The position numbers and the translations under genes were made by a program. Shown one piece after another: positions 10,209-19,578 of a DNA stretch of 20,000 bases. Each line of letters begins with the position of its first letter. Within the stretch, counting starts at the first letter, position 1. The notes below the pieces were generated by a model. It saw nothing but the letters and a program-made list of their open reading frames with translations. It did not search any database and had not been told where the DNA came from. Source of the stretch: Eremomyces bilateralis CBS 781.70 (taxonomy: Eukaryota); the NCBI GenBank assembly GCA_010015585.1, contig ML975154.1. One strand, given 5' to 3'.

Positions 10209-11210
10209 TTACCCCTGACCAGCATCAAACCATGCATACGCGCACGTCGCCGCCTTCCCCCCAGGTTTCTGTTCCTCCGGCACCTTTCCATCGAGCCACA
10301 TGCAATGCATATCTGGCCCCCCCACCGCAAATCCTGCGTGCTCGAAGGCCGACTGCGCCGCTATATTGTCCACAGGAATCTCCGCCGCGAAGTCCCCCTC
10401 CGCGCGCTGCAAGTTCTCCAGCACTGCGTGCACCAGGACGGACGCCAGCCGCGCCGACTCCGCATACAATGGCCCGATCCGATGGCCCGTGATGGACGTC
10501 CGGGAGAGAATCCACCCCCGCAATCTCCCTCCGTCCGCGCCGACGATCGCGAACCCCGTTGTGTCCGTCCGATGGAATAGCGCGTCGTCCGTCCACAGAC
10601 TCCGCCGCTCCATCCCCGTATGTTTAAAATCGCTCCCCACCAGGGCCTCCTTCGCGATCTCCCGTACATCCACCAGCCGCTCCCCAACCACGGTCCTACC
10701 CCTCGGTGCCTCCAGCGGCATCTCCGCGAACGCCGGCCGAATCATCGTCCGCACCCGCGCCACGTCGACGAATCCCCGCCGCGTATACGTCCCCACCTGC
10801 TGCTCCACGGCGTCCAGCCCGACAAACTCCATGCCTCTCGCTTTGAACAGATCCAAACTGGCCTGGAAGAGTGGCGTGCCCCACCCGCGGCCGCGATAGG
10901 GCGCGTTGATGCAGAAGAAGCCGATCCAGCCGGTGGCATTCGCGGAGGTGAAGGCGCAGATGAAGCCTTCGGGTTTGGGGGAGTCGGTGGGGCAGAGAAG
11001 GAACCAGGACGCGGCGCCGGCGGTTACGTAGTGGGTGAGTCCATCGAGTTTCGAGCGGTTCTGTGTGGTTGAGTGGAGGTTGTTTTGGGGTTATCAGGAC
11101 GGGCTTACCCAGCCTAACTCATTCATAAACGGCCAGAAGAGCGCTTGGACTTCTTCCACGTTGTCGGGGTTGCGGATGATATATCCATCGCCTTTCGAGA
11201 TGATTGCCAT
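10209..11210 (-). CDS. GNAT N-acetyltransferase with a second C-terminal GNAT-like (YitH-type) domain, 2 exons, 317 aa
   Basis: Exons 11210-11109 (MAIISKG...MNELGW) and 11060-10209; intron 48 nt, GTAAGC..CAG. Acetyl-CoA motif A: GWIGFFCINAPYRGRGWG, then VGLDAVEQQVGTYTRRGF. The C-terminal RIGPLYAES motif is typical of YitH-like tandem GNATs. Confidence 0.85.
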
Positions 11211-12028
11211 TTTGGTTGATTTGGCAGACGTCGGTTCTCGTCGCAATGTGCTTTGAAATCTCTCGACTTGAGGAAGCGCAAAAGTGCGTATATCCCCTTG
11301 GTGATCGCTGGGGGTCTAATATTCCGATCAACTTGAAGAAGGTGGTATTGCGGCAGGATAAGTGTAACAGACAGCTCCTTTGTTCATGGGAATAGGTAGG
11401 TAGCTTGACTGATGGCACGCTTCATGAGACTCTGGAATGGAAACCTCTAGATCAGAGAAACGTTGTAATACCGGTACTTTTGTCCTGGAATCCTACTTCC
11501 TTCATTCTTAACTCAGGTACCCAATTCCTGATGTGAGATAAGCCGCTATCGCTGTCGGACAGCTTAGAAATCAATACTAGTTATGAACCAGCAGAGGATC
11601 ACTGTAACACTGTAAGACATGATTTGTCATGTATAGGCCTAAATACGGGAATATCAATAACTAACCCTGCTGTTAATCGTGCTCAGCCGATCGTTTGCGG
11701 CGTTGGAAAAATAGGTGAAAGTGGTAATTAGGATTTCATGTCTGGGACAAGTTCAGCGCTATCTGTAGTTAGGGGTCCGTGATTTAACTACGTAAATAAT
11801 CAAGAATGACCTCACTCCAGGCGGAACATCCATCCTAACCATCACTTATAGGTGCTCTCTTAATTTCCATCGCTGGTCCCCAATGTCACATCGGTAGTGG
11901 CCTGGACACTTCTTGTGTTCAATTCGATGGCGGAGATCAGTCCAAACGAGAGGACACCGTTCCATCCTCTAGCAATTAATACTACCATGCATACGATATA
12001 GATATAGCGGCACGATAGCGCAACAAAC

Positions 12029-13192
12029 ATGCGATTCCCACACATCCGATTACCACGCATCCCGTTCTTCCGCATCTGGTACTCGACCACCTACACCCTC
12101 CTCTTCTTCGTCATCTTCGTCCTCTCCGCCGTCATCCCCGGCGACCTCATCTACCAATCCATCCGTAAACCCCCCTCCCTCTCCCGCTTCAACACGAACA
12201 TCGCCAACATCTTCATCGTCGCCGGCGTCTACCTCCTCACCGGCCTCCTCATCGTCTTCATCTACGCTAGCCGCCTCTATACCAACCGCATCGTCCTCAC
12301 CGCCATCCCCAAATTCTACATCCCCGTCGAGGCCCCCGAGGTTGGGAAGAAGGTCCGCAAGCTGATCGAGCGCGAATGGGACCGCAGCGCCCTCATCGCC
12401 TGGGAGTCCCGCCCCCGCGACCTGGCCGCCGAGAACGACGCGCTCCATCCGTCCGCCACCCACGACACCACGGAGGAGATCCCGCATCATGCGCTGCCTG
12501 TCATGCGAAAGCGGACGCGCACGAAGGGTCGCGACTCGCCCGCCATGCCCATCGACCCGCTTAATCCGCCGTGGGGGATCATTTCACATCCAGGCTGGGA
12601 TACCGCGGATACGACGTTGGGGAATGTCGCGGATCTGGTGAGCTACGGGACCGTCATTGCGGAGTTGCCGAATCTCATCGAAGCGCGAGCCGTGTCGCTT
12701 GCTCCGGTGGATCCAATGCCCGTGCCACAGCTGGACAGCGACGATAATGCACCAAACATACCCGTCTCCAGGGTTGTAGCTTTGCTGCAGCGGTCCGAGA
12801 CGGCGGGGTTGCGGGAATATCTCATGCAGCTGGAAGGGCTTGGGGTGGTTCAATCATTCGATATGGCAGAAGAGTTTATTGGACGGTATGAACGAGCGAG
12901 GTTCTCCACGATCCCGGCGTCCAAAGACGAGTTCGATGAGCTCATGGTTGTGTTTGCGGAGCTCTTGAATGGGATGGAGCCCATAGATCTCGGGCTGGCT
13001 GATGAGATGCTGGCGTTTCAAGATCAAACCATGCATGGCATAGGCAGCTCGGATACGTATGAAGCCTCGTCTACTCCCGATGGCTCCGTTTTCAGATCTG
13101 CGATGCTGGCACAGGAGGAAGACGACGGCTCGGTTGGCGGGAATGCGAGTTTGTCGTCTGTGATTCGGAACACGGGGACCGAAACCAGGTGA
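12029..13192 (+). CDS. DLT1: Defect at low temperature protein 1 (Dlt1)-like membrane protein, 387 aa, intronless
   Basis: Two N-terminal TM helices with the family signature FFRIWYSTTYT..IPGD.IYQ and NIFIVAGVY..IYASRLYTNR..L.AIPK.YIPVE. Later conserved motifs PPWG.ISHPGW, ELPNLIEARAVSLAP and YERARFS. Confidence 0.85.
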   Translation: MRFPHIRLPRIPFFRIWYSTTYTLLFFVIFVLSAVIPGDLIYQSIRKPPSLSRFNTNIANIFIVAGVYLLTGLLIVFIYASRLYTNRIVLTAIPKFYIPVEAPEVGKKVRKLIEREWDRSALIAWESRPRDLAAENDALHPSATHDTTEEIPHHALPVMRKRTRTKGRDSPAMPIDPLNPPWGIISHPGWDTADTTLGNVADLVSYGTVIAELPNLIEARAVSLAPVDPMPVPQLDSDDNAPNIPVSRVVALLQRSETAGLREYLMQLEGLGVVQSFDMAEEFIGRYERARFSTIPASKDEFDELMVVFAELLNGMEPIDLGLADEMLAFQDQTMHGIGSSDTYEASSTPDGSVFRSAMLAQEEDDGSVGGNASLSSVIRNTGTETR

Positions 13193-13343
13193 AAGCAGCA
13201 ACCTCATGATATTGAAATATTCATCGATGCGCGCTGAAGTCGGCCTTCCAATCAGGTCCAGCCGCCTGGAATCGAACACCATCTAACGATCTATGACTCT
13301 ACCGAAACTAACGCCACGGCCTACAAGACGAAACAAGAACCAA

Positions 13344-14403
13344 TCACCAACTAACCACCCCCTTCTCCCGATCAAAACCCCCCCTTAACTGTCGCTCGGG
13401 CTTCACCACCTTCCCCTTCAAAACCGAATACCTCACGATATTCTCACAATCCTCCGGCCGCACCCTCCCCAACCAAATACACTGCGTCGCCCCATCCCCC
13501 TCCGCCTCACCCCGCCGGTAGATGACCACGTTGGCCGCAAACTTGTGCCCGCCGAAATGCGACACGAAGTACACCCCCGCCCCGCCTGGCCGTTCGTCGT
13601 CTATGTCCCGGAAGAGGCCGTGCGTGCGGAGGTGCCGGGCGAATTCTTTGTACAGGAGGGGGGCGGACTGGCCGCAGCGCGCGTCACGGGTGCGGTGGCT
13701 GCAGAGGAGGATGATGTATTTGTGGGGGCAGGGGCGGGGAAGCAGGTGGGGGGCCTTCTCACTGGAAGGTTGCGATGATAGGGATTCTTGTTTGCTCAGG
13801 GTCTTCTGGAGTTCTGGCGCTGGAGAAGGACTGGGGGTTTCTCGTTTCGTTGTGAGAGGGGTTGAGTTGGTTAGTGCAGTGTTGATGTGCTGCGAGATGA
13901 GGGTGGAGGTGTTGGACGGGACCACATTATCGATGATGGTGAAAGATGGGAGTAGGAGCACGGTCGTCGTGTCGTTGGACAAGGAGGCGGGCATGTTGGA
14001 GGCAGACACTATCAGTCGCCCGTCCGTCACCTTCTCATCCGATTTGGCGATCGCCTGCATGATGGAATCCGTCTCATCCGCGACATCGTGTTTCTAGCTA
14101 TCATCAGTTCCGAACCGGGACACACACATATATCTTTCGACGCACCCAATCGCTCTTCCCCGTAGCCACCAATATATGTCTATTCCACGGTTTTAGGTTG
14201 CCGTAGAGTTCCATGTCCTCGTTGATTTTGAATTTGGCGGGCAGCGACACGCTGCAGTTTTCGCAGTCATGCTCGCAATCTTCTCCGTCTATTGCCGGGT
14301 CGGTCTTGGAGAATAGTTCTTCTTTCTTCGCATGTATAAAGCCTGTCTGGTTCGGATCGGTTCCGTACACTCGGTTGACGATGCCTCGAAGCAATGACGC
14401 CAT
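13344..14403 (-). CDS. APD1: Apd1/Aim32-family thioredoxin-like [2Fe-2S] protein (sucrase/ferredoxin-like), 2 exons, 335 aa
   Basis: Exons 14403-14146 and 14093-13344; intron 52 nt, GTGCGT..CTGAT..TAG. Spliced motif ATGKSDW|KHDVADE, C-x8-C (CSHRTRDARC) and HxGGH (SHFGGHKFAAN), the 2Cys/2His ligand signature. The N-terminal CEHDC.NC motif and the lack of an obvious mitochondrial presequence favour Apd1. Confidence 0.85.
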
Positions 14404-14946
14404 AACTACAAGAATGGATGGACGAACTCGAATAGATCTCGACCTCTCAACTTTCAGATGCAAGATAGGGAAGGATAAAGTTTGGTACGAAGTGTGGGCG
14501 TGGAAGGAAATAATAGAAATTACTCTTCAAACATTTTTGCATGGAATATCGGCAGTATAAGGATATTTCTACACTCGATGGCAACGGCATTCGGCTGGCC
14601 CCATCGGCACTACAAATTACTACGGTACCATTCTACCGTTAACTAGCAAGGTATAAGACTTAAGAGTCATCAAATAAGCATTTTGATATTGCCTTAAATC
14701 TCCCCATACGGTATCAATGCGGTTAGTCTTCACCTGTAATTCCGCACTACTTTTAGTTGCGTCATTGCATCAGATTACGAATTCTGTCCATCTGATAATT
14801 GAAGCCCTGGGGTTCGGCGTCGCGCATGTGGAGGGTGCAATATTCATCCCACAGACACCCACTGCAACCTCCGTACGCACGTCCCAACCACGACACGTAA
14901 TCAGATGTACACGACGACATTTGAACAGCTGCACATAGCAGAATAA

Positions 14947-15975
14947 ATGTCAGCCACCTCTATCCTCCTCACCGGAGCTCCCACATGGGCGGACTTGGAC
15001 TGGGATGAAGCGGGTCTGCTGAAGGATTCCGACCTAAAGGCGCAACTCTCGGCGATTAGATCTCCCAGTCCGGCAAGACCGAGATGGCGGACCCTGGGAC
15101 TTGCAGATCTGGATATCACGACGACGCGGCCGGTTAGGTCGGGATTATCCGATGCAGCGACGCGACGAAATAGGCATGTTTCTTCGAATGAATCAGTGGG
15201 GGAGGATGAAGAGCTGGGAGACGATGCGGAGCGGACGTTTTTGGATGACTCGTTCGCGATACACGAGGAATTCGACGACCAGTCCAATAGCTCGATTTTA
15301 GCGACAGAAGAGTCCTCGTTTCGGGCTACGGGCGACTCTTCCACCAGCGCACCATACGTCCTCCAATCCTCCCCCATAACCGCCGCCCATCTTTCCTCCC
15401 TCCCTCGCATCCTCGACCTCTCCGCGCTTCCCACCGCCACCCACGTCTTCCGATCCCGCCACGGCCCGTGTCTCTCAGTGATCAAAGCCCACCTCCTCGT
15501 CGCCGTCGTCGCGATGTGCCCGCCGAAAGCGGTAACGGTGCGCAGTCCGCAGCAGCGCGGTCAGCGGATGGAGATCGTGGAGCTGGAAGTGGCGGACGAG
15601 ACGGCGGGGCGGTTTCGGATCTCGTTCTGGTTTGAGCCGTCGGAGCGCGGGGCGCGACGGGAGGCGGGGGAGGCAGATATGAGGGTGCAGCTGCGGCGTC
15701 AGGTCGAGACGCTGGAGATGGGCGATATGGTCTTGTTGACGGACATTGCGCTCAACGTGTTCAATGGGAGGGTGTGCGGACAGAGTGTTCGGGGTTGGGG
15801 GAATCGGGCAGGCACGAAGCTGTACCACCTGAGCGGTGTAGACGTGGTGCCAGGAGCGAGCCCTATCACGGAAAAGCTACAGAGAGTGAATAGGTGGCAA
15901 TTGGAAATGCTTGACCCGAGGAAAAGGAATCCCAAGCGACGTTGGCACGAGAGCCTTCCTCCAGATACACAGTAG
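14947..15975 (+). CDS. OB-fold nucleic-acid-binding protein resembling SHLD2/FAM35A (N-terminal motif plus first OB fold), 342 aa
   Basis: Single long ORF. Order of elements: N-terminal ILLTGAP..W(R/K)xL motif, acidic disordered linker, OB-like region (HLLVAVVAMCPPKAVTVR..MEIVELEVADET..FRISFW..GDMVLLTDIAL..VCGQS), basic NLS-like RKRNPKRR, terminal LPPDTQ. Confidence 0.75.
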   Translation: MSATSILLTGAPTWADLDWDEAGLLKDSDLKAQLSAIRSPSPARPRWRTLGLADLDITTTRPVRSGLSDAATRRNRHVSSNESVGEDEELGDDAERTFLDDSFAIHEEFDDQSNSSILATEESSFRATGDSSTSAPYVLQSSPITAAHLSSLPRILDLSALPTATHVFRSRHGPCLSVIKAHLLVAVVAMCPPKAVTVRSPQQRGQRMEIVELEVADETAGRFRISFWFEPSERGARREAGEADMRVQLRRQVETLEMGDMVLLTDIALNVFNGRVCGQSVRGWGNRAGTKLYHLSGVDVVPGASPITEKLQRVNRWQLEMLDPRKRNPKRRWHESLPPDTQ

Positions 15976-16128
15976 ATGAATGCACAATACAATATTGGCG
16001 CAAGACGTCGTTCAAGGTAGCAACTGCTGCTTGGATGATATTCTCTAATGTGATGTAGCCGTCCACCATTGCTCCGCATCCCGTTAACCCTCCTATAATC
16101 GTCAAGTCATTCCCATACGTTCATCATC

Positions 16129-17115
16129 TTACAGCACCGTCCCAAACCCAAACGTCATCTTTATACTCCGCACGTAATACTCCCCCCAATTCCGCTTCGT
16201 CACCTCCTCCTGGCCCGCCGGCACCCCCTCCCAGTTCACCCGCATCACCGTCACTCCGTCCACGTTGTTCTGATCGAAGTGGATCGCCAGCGTCGAGAAA
16301 TGCCCCGCCGGCCACTGTGCGAGCCGCCATTTCTGCACGATCCGCGTCGGCGCCGCCAGCTCCACGAACTCCCCGCTGACGTTCCCGCCGAACAACTCGA
16401 ACTTGCCGCCTTGCCGCGCGCCCTCCCATTGGCTGGGTGCGGCACGCGTGAAGGCGGCGACGCGTTGGGGATCAGTGAAGGTCTGGTAGAGTTGGTCGGC
16501 GCTGGTGCGGAACTCGGCGTCATCGTTTAGGGTCACGACGTTGACGTTGCTGGTGGGTGTGTGCAATGAACTTGCCGGTTTTGATGCATCGCTACCTTTC
16601 GGCGTTGAAGTGCTTGACACGTATTGTGGGGTGGTGAAGCCGCTGGATGGGTTGGCGCCCGGTGCATGCTGCAGGTCTTTGCCATGCTCGGCGATGAGGG
16701 CCGGGGCGAGCTCGACGAGTTTCTTACGGAGTTGGGGAGTGAGTTTGGAGCGGACGAGGTCTTTGACGGCTTGCTTCTTCTCCGACTCGGAGTAGACATC
16801 CACGTCAAAGACGAACTCGTCCTCCTCGGTATCGTGAGCGACCTCAGGGACCGTGATGGTGCCGCTGACGTCCTCTCCTTCCGCGTTCTTGCCGCTGTAT
16901 TCCAACTGCAGCTTCACGTCGAACAAGGTGATGACCTTGTTCTTCCGTTGGCTCACGTCGACGTCCCCGTCCATGCTGATGATTTTATCGACCTTGGCGG
17001 TGATATCACCGTCCTGGGCTTCGACAGTGGAGAGTTCTTTCTCCAACCACTCCTTCGCCCACACAGAAACATCTTTATTGACCCAATGCCAATTGTTGGG
17101 GTTGTGAAGCACCAT
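16129..17115 (-). CDS. AHA1: Hsp90 co-chaperone Aha1, 328 aa, intronless CDS
   Basis: Starts MVLHNPNNWHWVNKD (NxNNWHW motif) at the ATG at 17115, in a GCCACCATGG context. Contains RKNKVITLFD, PEVAHD and a C-terminal START-like domain ending SIKMTFGFGTVL. Confidence 0.96.
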   Translation of the reverse strand: MVLHNPNNWHWVNKDVSVWAKEWLEKELSTVEAQDGDITAKVDKIISMDGDVDVSQRKNKVITLFDVKLQLEYSGKNAEGEDVSGTITVPEVAHDTEEDEFVFDVDVYSESEKKQAVKDLVRSKLTPQLRKKLVELAPALIAEHGKDLQHAPGANPSSGFTTPQYVSSTSTPKGSDASKPASSLHTPTSNVNVVTLNDDAEFRTSADQLYQTFTDPQRVAAFTRAAPSQWEGARQGGKFELFGGNVSGEFVELAAPTRIVQKWRLAQWPAGHFSTLAIHFDQNNVDGVTVMRVNWEGVPAGQEEVTKRNWGEYYVRSIKMTFGFGTVL

Positions 17116-17162
17116 GGTGGCGAGGTGAAGAGTTTTGTTGATATCCAACGGGTATGTTTCGG

Positions 17163-17354
17163 CTAAGCTCAAAATTGTCAGCCTGTGTCCGCTCAAAATT
17201 GAATTAAGCCAGTTATGACAATGAAGGTCGATCAGTTAATGCATATAAGGTGAAATGTCCACATTGTAATGAGTACAAGTCGTTCGGATTGGTGCACAGC
17301 ATGTATAATCATCATTCGACGCGGGAAACGGAGGGGATTGGAAATCAGACATAC
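17163..17354 (-). other. Predicted 192-nt 5'-UTR intron of AHA1 (snoRNA host intron)
   Basis: Donor AAG|GTATGT at 17354, branch site GCTGAC near 17178-17183, acceptor TTAG| at 17163. It ends about 47 nt upstream of the AHA1 ATG. Confidence 0.75.
17227..17320 (-). ncRNA. snR40: Box C/D snoRNA, likely snR40 orthologue (guide for 18S Gm1271, yeast numbering)
   Basis: Terminal stem GTCGA/TCGAC, box C ATGATGA (17315-17309), D' CCGA (17287-17284), C'-like TGTGGA, box D CTGA (17235-17232). The D' guide GCTGTGCACCA pairs with conserved 18S UGGUGCAUGGC (11 bp, 2 GU). The D'+5 rule lands on the G equivalent to G1271. Confidence 0.85.
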
Positions 17355-17556
17355 CTTTTGTATTTTCAGCTGCTAAAGAGCTGTCGAGGCAACTCAGCTA
17401 GCGAGATGGAGTGTCATTAAGGTGGATGAAGGTTTTGTAACCAAATAAACATGAGAGGAGGTGTGAGAGGAGGTGTGGTTGATGGATGGGCTCTTGAAGA
17501 GCGAACAGCCCGGGCTGGAAAGTTGTAGAAGTTCATGGACGAGAGGTGAAGTAAAG

Positions 17557-17564
17557 TTTTTATA
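17557..17564 (-). promoter_or_regulatory. TATA box of the AHA1/snoRNA transcription unit
   Basis: TATAAAAA on the minus strand. A CT-rich tract (minus strand, about 17450-17490), typical of fungal TSS regions, follows downstream. Confidence 0.5.
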
Positions 17565-17891
17565 CTTCGTGAGCCTAGGGTTAATTCTCTGGGACCCACC
17601 TTTGACCCTCTAAAAAAACCCTCCTCGCTACAGGCCTAGAGCTATGTGCGAATTGCGATTAGACACGCGAATATTAATACGACAGATTACGCAGCACCAT
17701 GGAGCAGAAATTTGTTGAATTTACGTGGATATCATTGAACCCGTCACGCTTAACATACAAATTCCGCAAATTTTATCTCAGTTCATCCAAACCGAGCTCC
17801 GGTTCTGCCGAACCTTTAAGACGCCTCACTCCATGCGAACCACGGATTCGTGGAGATGCTAAGACTGCTACCGACTCATCTAGAGACTAAT

Positions 17892-19011
17892 CTAGATCTT
17901 GATGGCGTTCTCGATAGCCTTGCGCTTCTTCTCCTGGCGAGCATTGGCCTTGGCGCCCATGATACCACCACCCCAGTGACGACGGGCCTCGTCAGCCTTC
18001 TCACCATAGCCCTCCTTGATGGCGGAAACGAGCTTGGAGAACTCGTTCTTGTCCTCAGCGCGGACCTCGGTCAGAGCCAAGACAGCAGCGGTCTGGAAAA
18101 GTTAGTTTCAGTGTATCGATGTAGAGTTTGTTGAATTACCTTCTTGTGGACAACAGTCCCCAATCGGGCCTTGCCCTTGACAATGGCGTAAGGGACACCC
18201 ATCTTTTTGCAGAGAGTGGGGAGGAAGATGACAAGCTCGATGGGGTCAACATCGTTGGCAATAAGGACCAGAGATGCCTTCTTGTTCTCGATGAGCCCAA
18301 CAATATGGTTCAAGCCGTACTTGACGGTGTAGGGCTTCTTGCTGACGTCCTCCTTCTTCTTTCCCTCGGCAACAGCGGTAGCCTCCTGGTGCAGACGATC
18401 CTTCTTCTCAGGCTTAGTCTCAGGTCGGTACTTGTTGAGCAGCTTGAAGCTCTGAGCGGCGGTGTTGCGGTCGAGAGTGTGCTGGAATTGGGCGATTTGC
18501 GGCGGGACCTTCAGGCGCATGTTGAGGATCTTCTTCTGGCGCTGAAGACGGACATACTCGGGCCACTTCACCATGCGCCCGAGGTTGCGCTTCGGTTGGA
18601 TGTCTTGGCCGATACCGAAGTTTCGGGTGCGCTTCTCGATGAGAGGGTTCTACATGATGTGAGCGCAATGAAATATATGATAGGAAGATGTTACGAACCT
18701 TGACCTGCTTCTTGCTGCCAGCCTTCCCTCCTGCGAAGGGCGCGGGCGCGGGCGCCGCTTTCTTTCCTTTGGGTGGCTGTCATTGAGAGAGAACCATCAG
18801 CAACTGTTTATCCAGAAGAGGTTTCTCGTCTCTAAGAGCAAGGTTCCACCAGTGGAAGACCTTGCTCAGCCGTTTCTCATCCATTATTAGCAAGGACGAT
18901 GAAATCGTCCTGCTTGGATTGAGTGCACGAACACGACGACCATGGGTTGTCGCATTGTATTGCAATTGGGGAAAGGGTCAACGACCCGAGGGGAAGATGC
19001 TAGCTTACCAT
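17892..19011 (-). CDS. RPL8: 60S ribosomal protein eL8 (yeast L8 / L7a), 4 exons, 263 aa
   Basis: Exons 19011-19009 (ATG only), 18776-18699, 18649-18140 and 18092-17892; introns 232, 49 and 47 nt. Protein [70 protein letters not shown]. Confidence 0.97.
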
Positions 19012-19578
19012 GATGAAGGATATTGTATCAAGAACTTGAAGCTGACACAGAAAGGAAGATGTAGAGGTTGACAAAGGATGTTGAAGTGGACGATGAAAAG
19101 CGAAGATATTGTGTGGAATCGCTTATGAATTTTTGTTTCCGAGGATCTGCCGAAGTGTGGGTCAAATTGGTGCCTTAGGCCTCAACTTCCAGCCAGACAT
19201 GGCCAGCCGCTTCTACTTTATCTCAGTTGGGACTCAGGCGGCAATGGTGCCCCCTGGCCATTATGGGGCTCCGCTATACCCAATGAAGCCCAGCCTCTTC
19301 TTTAGCACACGCCACTAAATATTGACCAATCATGCGCCTTGAAGGCAGAGGGCACCACTGCCGTCTGAGAGACTCTTGCATAGTTTGTGTGGAGGTGTAC
19401 AGCTTCATATCGTGAAATAGGTGAGAGAACTCCCATCGCTAAGTGTACTTGATACAGAATGGCTATCGCTAATATGTTTTCAGAAATTGATTCTACGCGT
19501 TGACTTCTACATTTCATCAAGTTTTAGGACCAACCCAACCACTCTACAGTCCAAGAACGCATCATCTTCCTCTTCACC

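Noticed and set aside
1159..14403. A redox gene cluster (noxA, noxD, dehydrogenase, Apd1)
   Set aside because: Only noxA-noxD has a known functional link. I see no shared motifs or pathway logic for the others.
17116..17196. 27-aa N-terminal extension of Aha1 in the ORF track
   Set aside because: It starts at a TTG inside the predicted 5'-UTR intron. The conserved start is MVLHNPNNWHW at 17115.
17518..17530. Imperfect heat-shock element GAAagTTGtaGAA near AHA1
   Set aside because: The middle unit is mismatched and it lies downstream of the predicted TATA box. Too weak to call.
10118..18703. Long antisense or alternate-frame ORFs over real genes (e.g. 10300-10899, 12050-12490, 13522-14097, 16624-17166, 18128-18703)
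   Set aside because: They are shadows of GC-rich, biased codon usage in the true CDSs.
18777..19008. snoRNA in RPL8 intron 1
   Set aside because: There is no proper box C, the last CTGA coincides with the likely branch site, and the H/ACA box spacing does not fit the hairpins.
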